Shown here piece after piece: positions 1 to 10,885 of a stretch of DNA of 64,000 nt; positions within the stretch are counted from its first letter, which is position 1, and each line of letters starts with the position of its first letter. Both the position numbers and the translations under genes were made by a program. This stretch comes from Escherichia coli. GTDB taxonomy: Bacteria > Pseudomonadota > Gammaproteobacteria > Enterobacterales > Enterobacteriaceae. The notes below the pieces were generated by a model. The model made no database searches and was not told the origin of the DNA. It saw only the letters and a list, made by a program, of their open reading frames with translations. Location: assembly GCF_003790525.1 (NCBI RefSeq), contig NZ_CP033635.1; one strand, 5' to 3'.

Positions 1-473
1 TGGAAAAAGCATTGTTTGGCGACAACACCACCAAAGGGATGGATAAGTACGCTGACCAGCTTTATACCGATGTGGTCGATTTGCAAAAACGCATCAGTGA
101 ACTGGCTTTCCCACCTTCAAAAGTGGTCGGCGGTGCAGCCGGACTGATTGAGGAAGTGGCAGCCAGCAAAATCAGCGGTGAAGAAGATCGCTACAGCCAC
201 ACCGATCTGTGGGATTTCCAGGCTAACGTTGAAGGCTCGCAGAAAATTGTCGATCTGCTGCGTCCACAACTACAAAAAGCGAATCCGGAACTGCTGGCAA
301 AAGTCGATGCCAATTTCAAAAAGGTCGATACCATTCTGGCGAAATACCGTACTAAAGACGGTTTTGAAACCTACGACAAATTGACCGATGCTGACCGTAA
401 TGCGCTGAAAGGGCCGATTACTGCGCTGGCGGAAGATCTGGCGCAACTTCGCGGTGTGCTGGGGCTGGACTAA
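1..473 (+). CDS. efeO: EfeO iron uptake component, C-terminal part (5' end lies upstream of window)
   Basis: ORF runs from window edge to stop at 471-473; sits immediately upstream of the Tat-signal peroxidase efeB as in the efeUOB operon; identity from recollection of K-12 gene order. Confidence 0.8.
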   Translation, partial: EKALFGDNTTKGMDKYADQLYTDVVDLQKRISELAFPPSKVVGGAAGLIEEVAASKISGEEDRYSHTDLWDFQANVEGSQKIVDLLRPQLQKANPELLAKVDANFKKVDTILAKYRTKDGFETYDKLTDADRNALKGPITALAEDLAQLRGVLGLD

Positions 474-478
474 GCGTT

Positions 479-1750
479 ATGCAGTATGAAGATGAAAACG
501 GCGTGAATGAACCGTCACGCCGACGTTTACTGAAAGGGATTGGTGCGTTGGCGCTGGCGGGAAGTTGTCCGGTCGCTCATGCACAAAAAACGCAAAGTGC
601 ACCGGGCACGCTTTCACCGGATGCGCGCAGTGAAGCGCAGCCGTTTTATGGCGAACATCAGGCGGGTATTCTGACGCCGCAGCAGGCGGCAATGATGCTG
701 GTGGCGTTTGATGTGCTTGCCAGCGATAAAACCGATCTTGAACGGTTGTTTCGCTTGTTGACTCAGCGTTTTGCTTTTCTGACTCAGGGCGGAGCGGCAC
801 CAGAAACGCCAAATCCGCGCCTGCCACCACTCGATTCCGGCATTCTTGGCGGCTACATTGCGTCCGATAATCTCACCATAACGTTATCGGTGGGCCATTC
901 ATTGTTTGATGAGCGGTTTGGCCTTACACCGCAGATGCCGAAAAAGTTGCAGAAAATGACGCGTTTCCCCAACGACTCGCTGGATGCGGCGTTATGTCAT
1001 GGTGATGTGTTGCTACAAATTTGCGCCAACACCCAGGACACGGTGATCCATGCGCTGCGCGATATCATCAAACACACGCCGGATTTGCTCAGCGTGCGCT
1101 GGAAGCGGGAAGGGTTTATTTCCGATCACGCAGCGCGTAGTAAAGGCAAAGAGACGCCGATAAATTTGCTGGGTTTTAAAGACGGCACAGCCAATCCCGA
1201 TAGCCAGAATGCGAAGTTGATGCAAAAAGTGGTGTGGGTGACGGCAGATCAGCAGGAGCCTGCGTGGACAATCGGTGGCAGCTATCAGGCGGTGCGGTTG
1301 ATTCAGTTTCGGGTGGAGTTTTGGGACAGAACGCCACTGAAAGAACAGCAGACGATTTTTGGTCGCGACAAACAAACTGGTGCGCCGCTGGGCATGCAGC
1401 ACGAGCATGATGTTCCCGATTACGCCAGCGATCCGGAAGGGAAGGTGATCGCGCTGGACAGCCATATTCGGCTGGCGAATCCCCGCACGCCAGAGAGTGA
1501 GTCAAGTCTGATGCTGCGTCGTGGCTACAGTTATTCACTGGGCGTCACCAACTCCGGGCAACTCGATATGGGGCTACTGTTTGTCTGCTACCAACACGAT
1601 CTGGAAAAGGGCTTCCTGACAGTACAAAAAAGGTTGAATGGCGAGGCGCTGGAGGAATATGTCAAACCTATCGGTGGCGGCTATTTCTTTGCGCTGCCGG
1701 GTGTGAAGGACGCGAACGATTATCTCGGAAGCGCATTATTGCGGGTTTAA
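479..1750 (+). CDS. efeB: Dyp-type peroxidase / deferrochelatase EfeB with Tat signal
   Basis: 423-aa ORF; N-terminal twin-arginine motif [16 protein letters not shown]; Dyp peroxidase-like length; operon context. Confidence 0.93.
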   Translation: MQYEDENGVNEPSRRRLLKGIGALALAGSCPVAHAQKTQSAPGTLSPDARSEAQPFYGEHQAGILTPQQAAMMLVAFDVLASDKTDLERLFRLLTQRFAFLTQGGAAPETPNPRLPPLDSGILGGYIASDNLTITLSVGHSLFDERFGLTPQMPKKLQKMTRFPNDSLDAALCHGDVLLQICANTQDTVIHALRDIIKHTPDLLSVRWKREGFISDHAARSKGKETPINLLGFKDGTANPDSQNAKLMQKVVWVTADQQEPAWTIGGSYQAVRLIQFRVEFWDRTPLKEQQTIFGRDKQTGAPLGMQHEHDVPDYASDPEGKVIALDSHIRLANPRTPESESSLMLRRGYSYSLGVTNSGQLDMGLLFVCYQHDLEKGFLTVQKRLNGEALEEYVKPIGGGYFFALPGVKDANDYLGSALLRV

Positions 1751-1759
1751 TGTTTTTAG

Positions 1760-1900
1760 GCGTATAAGGCATTCGTGCGCAGATGCCTGATGCGACGCTT
1801 GCGCGTCTTATCATGCCTACAATCGGTGCGGGTTCGGTAGGCTGAATAAGGCGGTCACGCCGCATCCGGCGTTCGTGCGTTGATGCCTGATGCGAATCCT
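1760..1900. repeat. REP/BIME palindromic repeat cluster
   Basis: repeated gcctgatgcga...cttatca / cacgccgcatccggc motifs typical of enterobacterial REP elements in the efeB-phoH intergenic region. Confidence 0.7.
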
Positions 1901-1927
1901 GCTGAAAGCACACAGCTTTTTTCATCA

Positions 1928-1945
1928 CTGTCATCACTCTGTCAT
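1928..1945 (+). promoter_or_regulatory. Pho box (tandem PhoB half-sites CTGTCAT) of phoH promoter
   Basis: sequence ctgtcatcactctgtcat read directly, followed by AT-rich -10 region about 40 bp downstream. Confidence 0.7.
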
Positions 1946-2094
1946 CTTTCCAGTAGAAACTAATGTCACTGAAATGGTGTTTTATAGTTAAATATAAGTG
2001 AATATATTGTTGCAATGAATGCGAGATCTGTTGTACTTATTAAGTAGCAGCGGAAGTTCCCGGCAGTGATAGTCAGTCACTATGGAGATCGCGG

Positions 2095-3159
2095 ATGGTA
2101 ACGTCCTGTACTGGACATGTTTTAGATAATCAACGCGCCACCACTCGCGGAGTTTTCTCCTCCGGTAGTCATCTCGTCACTTTGCATTTTCAACCTCATC
2201 CTTTCTTTTCATGTGTTACCGACGCCGCAAACGGTGTGCGTAGCCGTTTTTCGGCATTTTATCCAAAAGCAAACTATGGCTTACAAGGAAGCCAACCCTC
2301 TGATGTTCGTGCGCATAATCGCGCTGCCAACGGCGCGTGTGATGAATACAAACAACTCAAGGTGCTCTCCATGGGAAGACAAAAAGCAGTGATCAAAGCT
2401 CGTCGCGAGGCAAAACGTGTGCTGAGACGGGATTCGCGCAGCCATAAGCAGCGTGAAGAAGAATCGGTCACCTCGCTTGTGCAGATGAGCGGCGTAGAAG
2501 CCATTGGTATGGCCCGCGACAGTCGCGATACTTCGCCCATCCTCGCGCGAAATGAAGCGCAATTGCACTATCTGAAGGCTATTGAGAGTAAGCAGCTGAT
2601 ATTCGCCACGGGCGAAGCCGGGTGCGGAAAAACCTGGATCAGCGCAGCAAAAGCGGCAGAGGCCCTGATACATAAGGATGTCGACAGGATTATCGTCACC
2701 CGTCCAGTTCTGCAAGCCGATGAAGATCTTGGCTTCTTACCTGGTGATATCGCAGAAAAGTTTGCTCCCTATTTTCGCCCGGTCTACGATGTGCTGGTTC
2801 GGCGCTTAGGGGCTTCCTTTATGCAGTACTGCCTGCGACCAGAAATAGGGAAGGTGGAAATTGCGCCGTTCGCCTATATGCGTGGACGTACCTTTGAAAA
2901 TGCAGTCGTCATTCTTGACGAGGCGCAGAATGTGACTGCCGCGCAAATGAAAATGTTTTTAACCCGCCTCGGGGAGAACGTGACGGTTATCGTCAACGGT
3001 GATATCACGCAATGCGATTTGCCTCGCGGCGTGCGCTCCGGATTAAGTGACGCGCTGGAACGTTTCGAAGAAGATGAAATGGTCGGGATCGTCCGATTCG
3101 GTAAAGAGGATTGCGTACGTTCAGCACTTTGCCAACGTACGCTACATGCATACAGTTAA
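2095..3159 (+). CDS. phoH: PhoH, phosphate-starvation-inducible ATPase (PhoH/PhoL family)
   Basis: 354-aa ORF with Walker A GEAGCGKT; internal in-frame start at 2372 (MGRQKAVIKA...) could give a shorter product. Confidence 0.9.
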   Translation: MVTSCTGHVLDNQRATTRGVFSSGSHLVTLHFQPHPFFSCVTDAANGVRSRFSAFYPKANYGLQGSQPSDVRAHNRAANGACDEYKQLKVLSMGRQKAVIKARREAKRVLRRDSRSHKQREEESVTSLVQMSGVEAIGMARDSRDTSPILARNEAQLHYLKAIESKQLIFATGEAGCGKTWISAAKAAEALIHKDVDRIIVTRPVLQADEDLGFLPGDIAEKFAPYFRPVYDVLVRRLGASFMQYCLRPEIGKVEIAPFAYMRGRTFENAVVILDEAQNVTAAQMKMFLTRLGENVTVIVNGDITQCDLPRGVRSGLSDALERFEEDEMVGIVRFGKEDCVRSALCQRTLHAYS

Positions 3160-3174
3160 GTGTATTATCGGCGC

Positions 3175-3205
3175 AGAGCCCGGGCGAACCGGGCTTTGTT
3201 TTATT
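3175..3205 (+). terminator. rho-independent terminator after phoH
   Basis: GC stem agcccgggcgaaccgggct followed by T-run ttgttttatttc. Confidence 0.6.
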
Positions 3206-3721
3206 TCATTAACAGCAAAGACTTTCACTTCAGGTTAACGTTCTGGGGGGCGACTTTGAGCGTGTTGATAAGCTGAAATTAATTCTGGTTTAGATGCTTT
3301 TACCAGGCATTTTTCGTCATAGCACGCGACCAATGTAATGCCTCCAGCGCGGAGAGTTTTTTGCCTATCTTTTTCCAGCCATTCAACCTGTACAGGAGGT
3401 CTGGTGCCAATTTTGCGTATGAGGTTTAATCAACAATGAGCCAAAATTTGACTGACTGATTAACACCAAATATATTCTCCTGATTTTATTTTTTAGGGAT
3501 AATATTAAAAATATAAGGTTAATCTTAATTAAATTTTTGGCTAATATTGTGTCTTGTTATTTTTTGTGGACGGCAAGCCGCAATGGCAAAATAGGTATGG
3601 TTGTAATAATCAAAACATGATACTAACTATATATAGATCGTTGAATTGTTGGCATGTAACTCGCTACAGCGAGTAGCGTTAGTAATGAAATATAATCAAC
3701 ATGGATAGGTGAAGATTAATT

Positions 3722-4408
3722 ATGAGCTTTATGGTTTTTGTAACTTGTTTGACAATTGCATTTGTCGCCGGTTTTGCTGTTGCCAGAAAATTGACACTCC
3801 GAAAAGTTGCCTCATCGGTAATCATCACTAAATCGCAACCAGTTCCTTCCTCTGCAACTTCCCCTGCTGTTAAGGCGTCGACAAGGAGCTATACACCGCA
3901 GAAAACCTATCGTGACTCTCGTTGGCAAGAACGAGATGAGTTGTTCCAGGGAATGGTTGCCGAAGGTATTTTATTGGAAGGAAAAGAGTGGTTAATTACG
4001 CGTTGTGAAAAAATCTATTTTGATAATCTGGAGAAATGGTTTGGACATTATTGTCATATCCATTGCCAGGTCTCTCTGGGGCGCTTGATCAACTTTCCAG
4101 AACAACCCGAGTTTAGCGAAGAAGAAAGAAAGCGTTTCTTTGCAATTTATAATGGAATGGCAATGGATTATGTTCTGGTTTCAAAGAAGAACAATAAAAT
4201 AGTCTGTGTTATTGAGCTGGATGATCCGAGTCATGAAAGGGCAGATCGCATTATTCGTGACCGTTGGTTGAATACGATTATGACTATTGCACGGGTGCCT
4301 TTTGTACGAGCTTCTGTCACTAAATTGGATGAAATCCCTCCGGTCTGGGATACCCGTGACAAAATGCGCCCATTAGCCGCGGCGACAAAGGGTGAACCGT
4401 TGCATTAA
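3722..4408 (+). CDS. hypothetical membrane-anchored protein; N-terminal TM helix, Ser/Pro/Thr-rich linker, Cys/His cluster, DUF2726-like (PD-(D/E)xK-fold-like) C-terminal module; not present at this position in K-12
   Basis: 228-aa ORF preceded by very AT-rich leader; hydrophobic N-terminus MSFMVFVTCLTIAFVAGFAVA; motif MDYVLVSKKNNKIVCVIELDDPSHERADRIIRDRWL resembles the DUF2726 core; about 40% GC on hand count of first 120 nt. Confidence 0.6.
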   Translation: MSFMVFVTCLTIAFVAGFAVARKLTLRKVASSVIITKSQPVPSSATSPAVKASTRSYTPQKTYRDSRWQERDELFQGMVAEGILLEGKEWLITRCEKIYFDNLEKWFGHYCHIHCQVSLGRLINFPEQPEFSEEERKRFFAIYNGMAMDYVLVSKKNNKIVCVIELDDPSHERADRIIRDRWLNTIMTIARVPFVRASVTKLDEIPPVWDTRDKMRPLAAATKGEPLH

Positions 4409-4499
4409 CTAAGTACCCCGATCGGGGCTTCTCATCCCCCCGGTGTGTGCAATATACGAAAAAAAAGCCCGTACTTTCGTACGAGCTCTTCTTTAAAGA

Positions 4500-4587
4500 T
4501 GGCGGTGAGGGGGGGATTCGAACCCCCGATACGTTGCCGTATACACACTTTCCAGGCGTGCTCCTTCAGCCACTCGGACACCTCACC
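4500..4587 (-). tRNA. serX: tRNA-Ser (anticodon GGA), serX-like
   Basis: reverse complement reads GGTGAGGTGTCCGAGTGGCTGAAGGAGCACGCCTGGAAAGTG...GGTTCGAATCCCCCCCTCACCGCCA with long variable arm and CCA end; A-run on + strand 4462-4469 gives terminator on - strand. Confidence 0.9.
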
Positions 4588-4781
4588 AAATTGTTGTTCC
4601 TGTCTTGCTGGAACGGGCGCTAATTTAGGGAAATCATGACCTGAGGTCAACAAACTTTTTTAAAAAATCGCGCGTTTATTCAAACTTCAATCAATATGCA
4701 GTTTTAATAAGCGAAATTTGCTTTTTTTGCCACCGACCACGGATTTGTTATGCTGGTGGCTTTTGTAGATCATAACGATAA

Positions 4782-5759
<978 letters not shown>

Positions 5760-5813
5760 TAAAGCATCAGGTTTCCTGCTATCCTTGGCGGGAATTGAAT
5801 ACAGGAGAGAGTT

Positions 5814-6551
5814 ATGTATCCCGTCGACCTTCATATGCATACCGTTGCCAGCACGCATGCATATAGCACATTGAGTGATTACATTGCCCAGGCCAAACAA
5901 AAGGGCATTAAACTTTTTGCAATCACCGATCATGGCCCGGATATGGAAGATGCGCCGCATCACTGGCACTTCATTAACATGCGTATCTGGCCGCGAGTGG
6001 TTGATGGAGTAGGGATCCTGCGCGGCATCGAAGCTAACATTAAAAATGTTGATGGTGAAATTGATTGCAGCGGCAAAATGTTTGATTCGCTGGATCTGAT
6101 TATTGCCGGTTTTCATGAGCCGGTTTTTGCGCCGCATGATAAAGCGACCAATACACAAGCGATGATCGCCACTATTGCCAGCGGCAATGTGCATATAATA
6201 AGCCATCCCGGAAATCCGAAATATGAAATAGATGTTAAAGCCGTTGCTGAAGCAGCCGCGAAACATCAGGTGGCGCTGGAAATCAATAATTCCTCTTTTT
6301 TACACTCACGTAAGGGAAGTGAAGACAATTGTCGTGCGGTAGCCGCAGCGGTACGTGACGCTGGAGGTTGGGTGGCATTAGGCTCGGATTCTCACACCGC
6401 GTTTACCATGGGTGAATTTGAAGAGTGTCTTAAAATCCTCGACGCGGTAGATTTTCCGCCAGAGCGCATTTTGAATGTTTCTCCGCGCCGCTTACTGAAC
6501 TTCCTTGAATCTCGCGGTATGGCACCGATTGCGGAATTTGCAGACCTTTAA
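5814..6551 (+). CDS. ycdX: PHP-family zinc phosphatase YcdX
   Basis: 245-aa ORF, N-terminal DLHMHT PHP motif. Confidence 0.9.
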
Positions 6552-6574
6552 TTACTAGTAATGGAAATATATTA

Positions 6575-7129
6575 ATGAACGAGTTTTCTATCCTCTGTCG
6601 TGTGCTGGGTTCGCTCTATTACCGCCAACCACAAGATCCTTTACTGGTGCCGCTGTTTACCCTGATTCGTGAGGGGAAACTGGCTGCGAACTGGCCACTG
6701 GAGCAGGATGAGTTGCTGACACGTTTGCAGAAAAGCTGTGATATGACGCAAGTCTCTGCCGATTACAATGCGTTGTTTATCGGCGATGAATGTGCTGTGC
6801 CGCCATATCGTAGCGCATGGGTTGAGGGCGCGACGGAAGCGGAAGTGCGCGCTTTTCTTTCCGAACGGGGGATGCCATTAGCGGATACGCCAGCCGATCA
6901 CATCGGCACATTGCTGCTCGCGGCTTCCTGGCTGGAAGATCAGTCAACGGAAGATGAGAGCGAAGCACTGGAAACACTGTTCAGTGAGTATCTGTTACCC
7001 TGGTGTGGTGCGTTCCTTGGTAAAGTGGAGGCCCATGCAACTACGCCTTTTTGGCGCACCATGGCACCGCTAACCCGCGATGCTATTAGTGCAATGTGGG
7101 AAGAGCTGGAAGAAGATCCTGAAGAGTAA
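6575..7129 (+). CDS. ycdY: TorD-family chaperone YcdY
   Basis: 184-aa ORF directly downstream of ycdX. Confidence 0.88.
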   Translation: MNEFSILCRVLGSLYYRQPQDPLLVPLFTLIREGKLAANWPLEQDELLTRLQKSCDMTQVSADYNALFIGDECAVPPYRSAWVEGATEAEVRAFLSERGMPLADTPADHIGTLLLAASWLEDQSTEDESEALETLFSEYLLPWCGAFLGKVEAHATTPFWRTMAPLTRDAISAMWEELEEDPEE

Positions 7130-7230
7130 ATGTGATCTGCATCACTCATAACTGCAACAGATAATTTGTTGTTGCATAAAATGTGTGCTCGATCTCATTC
7201 ATGGCCGCGTTTTCTGCTATCATGCGCGGC

Positions 7231-7722
7231 ATGAACATACTTCTCTCTATTGCAATCACAACAGGTATTCTCTCCGGTATCTGGGGATGGGTGGCTGTTT
7301 CCCTGGGCTTACTAAGCTGGGCGGGCTTCCTGGGCTGTACGGCCTACTTTGCCTGCCCGCAAGGTGGGCTGAAAGGGCTGGCGATCTCCGCTGCAACCCT
7401 GCTTAGTGGCGTGGTGTGGGCGATGGTCATTATTTACGGTAGTGCACTGGCACCACATCTGGAAATTCTCGGTTATGTCATAACCGGTATTGTCGCGTTT
7501 CTGATGTGTATTCAGGCGAAACAGCTGCTGCTTTCATTTGTTCCGGGGACGTTTATAGGCGCATGCGCGACGTTTGCCGGGCAGGGTGACTGGAAACTGG
7601 TGTTACCTTCGCTGGCGCTTGGGCTGATATTTGGTTACGCAATGAAAAACAGCGGCCTGTGGCTGGCGGCGCGTAGTGCAAAGACGGCGCACCGTGAGCA
7701 GGAAATCAAAAATAAAGCGTGA
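7231..7722 (+). CDS. ycdZ: inner membrane protein YcdZ (DUF1097)
   Basis: hydrophobic 163-aa product starting MNILLSIAITTG; track ORF extends 16 codons upstream. Confidence 0.85.
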   Translation: MNILLSIAITTGILSGIWGWVAVSLGLLSWAGFLGCTAYFACPQGGLKGLAISAATLLSGVVWAMVIIYGSALAPHLEILGYVITGIVAFLMCIQAKQLLLSFVPGTFIGACATFAGQGDWKLVLPSLALGLIFGYAMKNSGLWLAARSAKTAHREQEIKNKA

Positions 7723-7785
7723 GGGGCACTCACGCTTTCGCTTAAACCGTAAAATGCCGGATGATAATTCCGGCTTTTTTATCTG

Positions 7786-8619
7786 TCAGGATTCCGGTGG
7801 AACCGACATATGGCGGTATTTCACCAGAATGTCGTTCTGCCGTTCTGCTTTGTTCTGCAAATCCCACAGACCACGGTCAATACCATCATTAATCAGGAAA
7901 ATGACCCCTGTTTCGATAGCCGACATCAGGCACAGCATAACGGGTTCGTTCGAGGTGTAACCCACTTCCCCTTCCAGCAAGCGCTGGTAGTCAATAAAGC
8001 GGAAAACCCCGGCCTGAACTTCATAGGAAAGTATCGTCTTACTGGTGTTCACCGAGGAGAGAATCTCACCGGTACTCACATTGACGACACGCAGGTTCAC
8101 GGCAATCTGATCAAGCTGGTATTGCGTGTCGGCACCGATCCCAAAATATCTTGCCCCAACACCGCCCGATTTAACGTTGCTTTCGTAACCGATAATCGAA
8201 CCTTCAACCATGATATTTGCCGCCGTTAAAGACTGCAGCGGGATTCGGTTATTAATGGCAACCGTACCGTTTTCTTGTGCCGCACGAATAATCTTGCGCT
8301 CGTTAAGCAGGTTTTGTAAGCCCTGGCGCTCCAGCGGTATAAACCAGCGAGAATCTTTCAATGCCGTGACCAGCATTGCCGTGGCGCTTTGCGGAACAGC
8401 AGTGGAGAAGTTACTTGCCGGGTAAGGTTTAAATTGCCCGGTTTCGTCCTGAATGTTGTATACCGAAACAAAGATCTTACCCGTCGGCGCTGGCAGATGG
8501 GTCAAATCTTTGTAGCTCTGAGCACGAGGCATTAATGTCGGTCTGGCTGCTTCTTTAGGCGGGGCGGTTAAGCATCCGCTCAGTAACATGACGGCAACCA
8601 AAAGAAATAAGCGCTGCAT
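7786..8619 (-). CDS. csgG: curli secretion channel lipoprotein CsgG
   Basis: 277-aa ORF, lipoprotein signal LLSGCLTAPPK; csgDEFG operon context. Confidence 0.93.
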   Translation of the reverse strand: MQRLFLLVAVMLLSGCLTAPPKEAARPTLMPRAQSYKDLTHLPAPTGKIFVSVYNIQDETGQFKPYPASNFSTAVPQSATAMLVTALKDSRWFIPLERQGLQNLLNERKIIRAAQENGTVAINNRIPLQSLTAANIMVEGSIIGYESNVKSGGVGARYFGIGADTQYQLDQIAVNLRVVNVSTGEILSSVNTSKTILSYEVQAGVFRFIDYQRLLEGEVGYTSNEPVMLCLMSAIETGVIFLINDGIDRGLWDLQNKAERQNDILVKYRHMSVPPES

Positions 8620-8645
8620 GATTATTTTCCTTATGAAGCTGGGGC

Positions 8646-9062
8646 TTAAAAATCGGTTGAGTTATTTTGTAAACCCGAAACCTGGATGGTCGAGGTTTGT
8701 CCGGTTTTACGATCTGTCACGTTCAACTGCAATTGACCATCGCGGTTAGCAATATCAACAATATAATCGTTGGTCACCATGCGGCCCGGTTTACCGGTAT
8801 TAATATTCGACAGTAGCCCACCTAAAATTTGTGACTGGATGGCCTGAGTAAAGTTATCTAACGCTGAGGGTGTTTCAATACCAAAGTCATCGTTATAGCT
8901 CGGATCTTTATACGAGTTTTGGGCCTGGGCGCTATTTAATAAAAAAGCGCCATTATTTGGGTTACCACCAAAGTTTGGGTTACGGAACTGAAAAGTCATT
9001 GTTCCAGCCCAACTTAATGGCGAAATAAGCATGAGTAGAACTACTGCATGTTTGACACGCAT
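8646..9062 (-). CDS. csgF: curli assembly protein CsgF
   Basis: 138-aa ORF with signal peptide, between csgE and csgG. Confidence 0.93.
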
Positions 9063-9086
9063 TGCAGCCTCCGAACAATTTTTTAT

Positions 9087-9476
9087 TTAGAATTCATCAT
9101 GCGCCAAATCGCCCGTACTTAATAACGCCTGATTTATCTGGCGACGATTTAGTGCTTCTTCAGTTTGAATCAGTGCAAAGACGACAGTTTTTTCGAAGTC
9201 TCTTTTCAACGGGAATAAAAAAGTCTGGAAAATAACGTCCTGATTGACCGTTATAGTGATCCAGCTTCCCCATCGTGCACTGGGCCTTTCATTAATCGTT
9301 AAGTTACCCGTATAGTCACTTTCCCATTTATCACTAAAGGCTCGGTAAAAATCATGGCCAATAGATGAAACAGTATGGTCAGTTAACAATCCCGGGACTT
9401 CTACCTCAACGGCGTGAAGATTCCCTGCGGCGAACAGAAATTCTGCCGCCACAATCCAGCGTAAATAACGTTTCAT
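9087..9476 (-). CDS. csgE: curli secretion specificity factor CsgE
   Basis: 129-aa ORF with signal peptide. Confidence 0.93.
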
Positions 9477-9480
9477 GGCT

Positions 9481-10131
<651 letters not shown>

Positions 10132-10885
10132 GATGAAACCCCGCTTTTTTTATTGATCGCACACCTGACAGCTGCCTCTAAAATAGAAGCACCAGAAGTA
10201 CTGACAGATGTTGCACTGCTGTGTGTAGTAATAAATCAGCCCTAAATGGGTAAAATATAAAACTAATGGATTACATCTGATTTCAATCTAGCCATTACAA
10301 ATCTTAAATCAAGTGTTAAACATGTAACTAAATGTAACTCGTTATATTGAAATGTTAATCTTAAGGTTTTATTAAGTTTAGAAATGATAGAAAAGTTGTA
10401 CATTTAGTTTTTATTGCACAATTTTAAAAAATCATACAAATGGTGCTAACTTGCTAATAATGCATATAAAAAATATTTCGGTGTAGTCCTTTCGTCATGT
10501 AAAACGTTCTTGTTTTTTCTCTACACCTCCTTGGACAATTTTTTACTGCAAAAAGACGAGGTTTGTCACGGCTTGTGCGCAAGACATATCGCAGCAATCA
10601 GCGACGGGCAAGAAGAATGGCTGTCTGGTGATTTTTGATTGCGAAAAACGGAGATTTAAAAGAAAACAAAATATTTTTTTGCGTAGATAACAGCGTATTT
10701 ACGTGGGTTTTAATACTTTGGTATGAACAAAAAAAGAAAAATACAACGCGCGGGTGAGTTATTAAAAATATTTCCGCAGACATACTTTCCATCGTAACGC
10801 AGCGTTAACAAAATACAGGTTGCGTTAACAACCAAGTTGAAATGATTTAATTTCTTAAATGTACGACCAGGTCCAGGGTGACAAC
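10132..10885. promoter_or_regulatory. csgD-csgB divergent intergenic regulatory region (csgDEFG and csgBAC promoters, long csgD 5' UTR)
   Basis: about 750 bp non-coding, strongly AT-rich with A/T tracts, between divergently transcribed csgD and csgB. Confidence 0.8.

Noticed and set aside
1013-1538. two overlapping ORFs (150 and 120 aa) on - strand
   Set aside because: Antisense within efeB; no RBS or domain support.
3047-3238. 63-aa ORF on + strand
   Set aside because: Out-of-frame overlap of the phoH 3' end running through the phoH terminator; not a plausible gene.
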